DNA of 64,000 bases, taken from an uncultured Flavipsychrobacter sp. GTDB lineage: Bacteria; Bacteroidota; Bacteroidia; Chitinophagales; Chitinophagaceae. The number at the start of each line of letters is the position of its first letter. Positions within the stretch are counted from its first letter, which is position 1. Made by a program: the position numbers and the translations under genes. Of this stretch, positions 60,224 to 64,000 are shown in pieces. The DNA lies in assembly GCA_964561325.1 (NCBI GenBank), contig CAZLPE010000001.1, forward strand, positions 286-64,285. Reading direction: 5' to 3'. The notes under the pieces are model-generated. The model had not been told where the DNA came from. It searched no databases and worked only from the letters and a program-made list of their open reading frames with translations.

Positions 60224-61015
60224 ATGAGATTCACAGACAAGCTTATCGCAACAATAAAAAAGGCATACGAACACTATGCAGTTCATAAAAACCGCCAATA
60301 TCTGGATTTGAGAGAACTCATAAACTCAGCCGACATTGTTACCGACAATGAGGAAGTTGTGAACCTTGGGAAACGCTTGGAAGGCGATGGCTTAGTAATA
60401 TTCCATCTTAAATACGGCAAATACGGCACTCCGCATATATATTTAACAAGCGATGGTATAGACAAATGCGAAAGCGGAGTGCTTTTTGACGTGGAGACTA
60501 TCCTGCCAGATACCGAACCCGCAATAACAGTAAACACTGCGCCAGCCAACGACCAACCGACAAGCGCCGACGAAATTAAGCATATTGTTACACCGGAAAT
60601 CATGGAGCCGGAAATGGTGAATGATGTACTACCACCTGTAAAAATATCTGAGCCACTGGAGATAGAGCATAAAAAAGCGGATAGTGGAACTGGTAAACCA
60701 GTTGCAAACAACTCAGAAAATTTGATAGAAAATAAACCTGTACCGGAGCCTTCGGTGGCGCCTATAGATGCAAACAGTCAAAGATCGGCAACGTTTTTAG
60801 AATTACTACATGAAATTAAGGTAGCTGCTTCGCTCAATGAAGATTTGAGAGTTAGGGAAGTAAAAGAATTGATGGAACGCATAGAAGAAATAAGCGTTTA
60901 TATAAAAGCTCAAAACAAAATACCAAAATATGGCTTCAATGACTTTTTACTTTTTATGAATGAAATCGAGCCCATGGATAATTTTATACCGCGACTAGAA
61001 AAATTCCTTTCTTAA
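60224..61015 (+). CDS. Hypothetical protein: possible winged-helix N-terminus, acidic Pro-rich linker, helical C-terminus
   Basis: Long open ORF with its own TACATTTG box (60189-60196) and downstream terminator; LEGDGLV...YLTSDG resembles a wHTH wing. Confidence 0.7.
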   Translation: MRFTDKLIATIKKAYEHYAVHKNRQYLDLRELINSADIVTDNEEVVNLGKRLEGDGLVIFHLKYGKYGTPHIYLTSDGIDKCESGVLFDVETILPDTEPAITVNTAPANDQPTSADEIKHIVTPEIMEPEMVNDVLPPVKISEPLEIEHKKADSGTGKPVANNSENLIENKPVPEPSVAPIDANSQRSATFLELLHEIKVAASLNEDLRVREVKELMERIEEISVYIKAQNKIPKYGFNDFLLFMNEIEPMDNFIPRLEKFLS

Positions 61016-61036
61016 TAATTCTATTTTCTTAACTGT

Positions 61037-61079
61037 TTTGCCAGAAGTAATATGCACCAAACACATTGCTTCTGGCAAA
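61037..61079. terminator. Hairpin after the 60224 gene
   Basis: tttgccagaagtaat...attgcttctggcaaa. Confidence 0.6.
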
Positions 61080-61116
61080 TTACTTTTAGGATACAGGTTG
61101 CAGAGGTATAAATATA

Positions 61117-61133
61117 TTACCTTTGAAAGGTAA
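61117..61133 (+). promoter_or_regulatory. -7 element embedded in a perfect inverted repeat
   Basis: TTACCTTT-G-AAAGGTAA contains TACCTTTG at 61118-61125. Confidence 0.5.
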
Positions 61134-61189
61134 CTTTTAAGAAAAGAGGCATCCCAAATCAGGGCGTTCACGAAAACCCTCGCAATTCC

Positions 61190-62785
61190 ATGTCTAATAC
61201 CAAGATACAGCAAGCATTTTTGTACTTTCTTGTAATGCCAGTAGTCATTTATTGCTACTTTCTAAAATGGAAGACGGTAACTATATATGGCGACGACCTT
61301 TACGTATACAAAGATTATTTTGACGCGGGTAAGCATATTGCAAAGTGTAACATGTCGACGATATACGAAAAATACCGACCTGTGCATGATATTGTGGTTG
61401 ACCTACTGATTAGGATTTTCAACAAACGCATAGAGTGGTATTATGTGTTTAATGTCGCAATACAAACCATTAATGCCGTAATTTTTGCACGCATTGCGTT
61501 AGTTTTCATCCGTTCGGTATATCTATCGGCTATTTTGGGGCTTATGGTGGGTATATCAAGGTTTTCTTACTACAATATCTCTCAACTATTTAATGGCGGT
61601 GCGCTGGAAGGTCTGGCTATGACATTTTTTTTACTGACATTATTTACCACCGTTAGGGCGCTTACCGGTGAACGTCCAACTGAGAAGATTGTATGGAACA
61701 ACGCACTTTTAAGCCTGCTTTTTGCAAACCTCAGCCTTTATACCCACGAACGGTACATAGTCATATTGCCCTTTATATTTCTGGTATTTTCTTTAACCAA
61801 CCGTTTCAGAATATTACCACTTAGGCGAAGAATTGACCTCAGTTTTTTGGTATTTGTATCGCTGACACTCAATGTAGTTATCAAGAAGTTAGTGTTTTCA
61901 ATGCCATTTTTTGTTGGTACCGGCGGATCTAAAATTGAGTTTTCAATAGAGCGCGCAGTGGGTTACCTGCACGATGGATTATTGTCGATACTCCAAATCA
62001 ACTCTGGACCCGATTATCTGTCAGGAGCGCATTTTAATAGTTTACCTGCATTTAATAAGTTCCTTGTTGAGCTTGTAGTCGTTACGGTTGGAGTAGTTTT
62101 CCTAATCAAGATTGCCCTACTTGTAAAGACGCTATTGCAAAAAAACATAACAGATGATGAGCAAAAATCAAGACAATTCACCACTTCGCCCAACACTTTG
62201 ATACTCTTGCTTATCTGCCTCTTCTTTTTGTTTCTTCTTCCAGCTATTGTAACCATACGCTTAGAGCAGCGCTGGCTGCAAGCATCTTACAGTATATTCT
62301 TACTGATTGTAGTAATAGCCGTGAGCGATATAAAAATTAATGTTGCCAAATGGGCTGTATTTACCCTGACACTAATATCTGGCATAGCTCTGTTCAACGA
62401 TTTTCAGTACCTGTACAGAGGCATTCCCTACTTGTACCTTACCGGCGCTCAAAATGCAGCCACACTTTTCGAAAAAGGACTAAAAAATGAGGCAATCAGG
62501 CCAAACGCACGAAAAATATACATTGTAGAAAAAGTGCGGAATGAAAATGATGAAAACGGATTAATATGGGCAATAGGAAACGGATATCTTATCCGTTTTT
62601 ACAAAGACACCACTAAAACCATTGCTTTTGTGGATTCTGTATACCAGCGCACCACATCGGCAACCGATACCACATTCAAAAACTACAATCCCGAAAAAGA
62701 GGAGATTATCTTACTAAAAGATCAAGTAATAGACCTAACTAAGCAATATAAACTGGATACACTACGAACAATAAAATTCGACTAA
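61190..62785 (+). CDS. Polytopic membrane protein, probable GT-C glycosyltransferase
   Basis: YGDD in the first loop, YRP motif, more than 10 TM segments and a soluble C-terminal domain. Confidence 0.6.
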   Translation: MSNTKIQQAFLYFLVMPVVIYCYFLKWKTVTIYGDDLYVYKDYFDAGKHIAKCNMSTIYEKYRPVHDIVVDLLIRIFNKRIEWYYVFNVAIQTINAVIFARIALVFIRSVYLSAILGLMVGISRFSYYNISQLFNGGALEGLAMTFFLLTLFTTVRALTGERPTEKIVWNNALLSLLFANLSLYTHERYIVILPFIFLVFSLTNRFRILPLRRRIDLSFLVFVSLTLNVVIKKLVFSMPFFVGTGGSKIEFSIERAVGYLHDGLLSILQINSGPDYLSGAHFNSLPAFNKFLVELVVVTVGVVFLIKIALLVKTLLQKNITDDEQKSRQFTTSPNTLILLLICLFFLFLLPAIVTIRLEQRWLQASYSIFLLIVVIAVSDIKINVAKWAVFTLTLISGIALFNDFQYLYRGIPYLYLTGAQNAATLFEKGLKNEAIRPNARKIYIVEKVRNENDENGLIWAIGNGYLIRFYKDTTKTIAFVDSVYQRTTSATDTTFKNYNPEKEEIILLKDQVIDLTKQYKLDTLRTIKFD

Positions 62786-63570
62786 ACTGCATCGTTGCCT
62801 TTTATCACATTCAACATTTGCTCATGAATTAGTCCATTTGTAGCAAGGGTTTGTTTTTCAAAAACATTGTAAGGCAATCCATCAAAATCAGTTATTCTAC
62901 CGCCGGCTTCTTGTACTATCAGGTATCCTGCGCCTACGTCCCAAGCGCTTAAATTATATTCCCAAAAACCGTCAAATCTGCCGCAAGCTACCCAACACAG
63001 ATCTATCGCTGCCGAACCAAGGCGCCGCACGGGCAACCCTTCCAACACAATACGTTCAAAAACCTTGATTGGGTGTTCTTTGCTATCTTCAGGCCATTTA
63101 TAAGGAAAACCGGTAACAAGGCAGGCAGTCTTAAAATCGGCTTTGGCCGATACGGAAATAGGGTTTCCATTCAATGTAGCGCCCTTGCCCTTTTCTGCAA
63201 AAAACAGCTCATCCATCATTGGGTTGAAGACCGCCCCTAATATCAATTCATTTTTATACAACAGTCCTATGCTGACACAACATATAGGAATACCGTGCGC
63301 AAAATTAACAGTACCATCTATAGGATCAATAAGCCACTGATAATCAGACGCTTGTATCATCTCTCCTACCTCTTCGCTTATGATCGTATGATCCGGGTAT
63401 GATGCTTTGATAATTTCAATAATCTTGTCCTCGGCATGATTATCTACCTCAGTCACTAAATTATTGATACCTGTTTTATGGTCTATTTTGAATACCCCGT
63501 TAAAATAATGCAATATTATTTTACCAGCTTCTTTTGTTGCGTGGAGTAATACCTCTTTCAATCCGTCCAT
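62782..63570 (-). CDS. suhB: Inositol monophosphatase family protein (SuhB type)
   Basis: LVTEVD, SEE, DPIDGTVNFAHG, RRLGSAAIDL and WDVGAG motifs. Confidence 0.9.
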   Translation of the reverse strand: MDGLKEVLLHATKEAGKIILHYFNGVFKIDHKTGINNLVTEVDNHAEDKIIEIIKASYPDHTIISEEVGEMIQASDYQWLIDPIDGTVNFAHGIPICCVSIGLLYKNELILGAVFNPMMDELFFAEKGKGATLNGNPISVSAKADFKTACLVTGFPYKWPEDSKEHPIKVFERIVLEGLPVRRLGSAAIDLCWVACGRFDGFWEYNLSAWDVGAGYLIVQEAGGRITDFDGLPYNVFEKQTLATNGLIHEQMLNVIKGNDAV

Positions 63571-63573
63571 AGG

Positions 63574-63999
63574 TCACAATTTAAGTTCTTTTCCTAAATA
63601 ATAGTCAATAACTTTTAACTTAAATATCAGGTCGTACTTAGCGCTGACCAGATTGGCAGAAGCGGCAAATTCTGAGTTCTGTGTAACTAACAGATCGATG
63701 GTGCTTGTAAGACCCAGATCATACCTTTTCTTAGCGAAATCGAGCGCGCGTCTGGCGGCTTCCTGCGCCCGCTTGGCGGCATTATATTTTTGTATAGAAT
63801 TCAGCGCATTGTTGTGCGCCTTGTATACATTTTGTCTCAGCGTTAGCTCGGCATTATCTTCATTTAGCTTTTGCTGTGCAAGACTGATTTTAGACTGCCG
63901 TATAGCATACTGCGATTGCCAACCATTGAACACTGGCACAGTCAAGCTCATTACTACAGAATGACGCATGTTATTGTCTAATTGCGTACCAAAGGGCAC
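63574..63999 (-). CDS. C-terminal part of a TolC family protein (continues past the right edge)
   Basis: LTVPVFNG, KRYDLGL and AKYDLIFKLKVIDYY motifs. Confidence 0.85.
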   Translation of the reverse strand: MPFGTQLDNNMRHSVVMSLTVPVFNGWQSQYAIRQSKISLAQQKLNEDNAELTLRQNVYKAHNNALNSIQKYNAAKRAQEAARRALDFAKKRYDLGLTSTIDLLVTQNSEFAASANLVSAKYDLIFKLKVIDYYLGKELKL

Positions 64000-64000
64000 C

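Noticed and set aside
62782-63570. CysQ (PAP phosphatase) supporting the sulfotransferase
   Set aside because: The motif DPIDGTVNFAHG and RRLGSAA are SuhB-type, not CysQ-type (DPLDGTKEF); the gene follows TolC on the other strand.
1-64000. CRISPR arrays, IS elements, integrases, tRNA or rRNA genes
   Set aside because: I found no regularly spaced direct repeats, transposase or recombinase motifs, or cloverleaf/rRNA signatures on reading; a tRNAscan/Infernal run would be the definitive check.

Overview
Gene-dense chromosomal window from a Bacteroidota genome. The phylum is inferred from gldF/gldG, a T9SS C-terminal sorting domain, Bat-locus genes and many TAnnTTTG -7 promoter boxes; a Chitinophagaceae-like family is my impression only. 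Most of it is housekeeping or core (icd, purK/purE/purD, dapF, dnaG, ruvX, proS, nadE, biotin carboxylase, methylmalonyl-CoA mutase, paaZ, suhB). It also holds a TetR plus ABC/HlyD/TolC export module, a kdnA-like Kdo8N aminotransferase and a four-gene multi-kinase/sigma-54 activator cluster. I saw no rRNA, tRNA, CRISPR array, transposase or prophage gene. The most unusual element is at 55.3-59.4 kb: lasso-type RRE (PqqD/B1), transglutaminase-like leader peptidase (B2), HPr-kinase-like kinase and a PAPS sulfotransferase, with a divergent GT4 glycosyltransferase. No lasso cyclase and no recognisable precursor lie in the window, so it may be a cyclase-independent peptide-modification system or an orphaned lasso module. 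Other points: a POT peptide transporter split by one in-frame TGA and carrying a ~130-aa soluble insertion, and a near-consensus sigma-54 promoter face-to-face with the proS promoter. All calls come from motif reading; no database searches were run.
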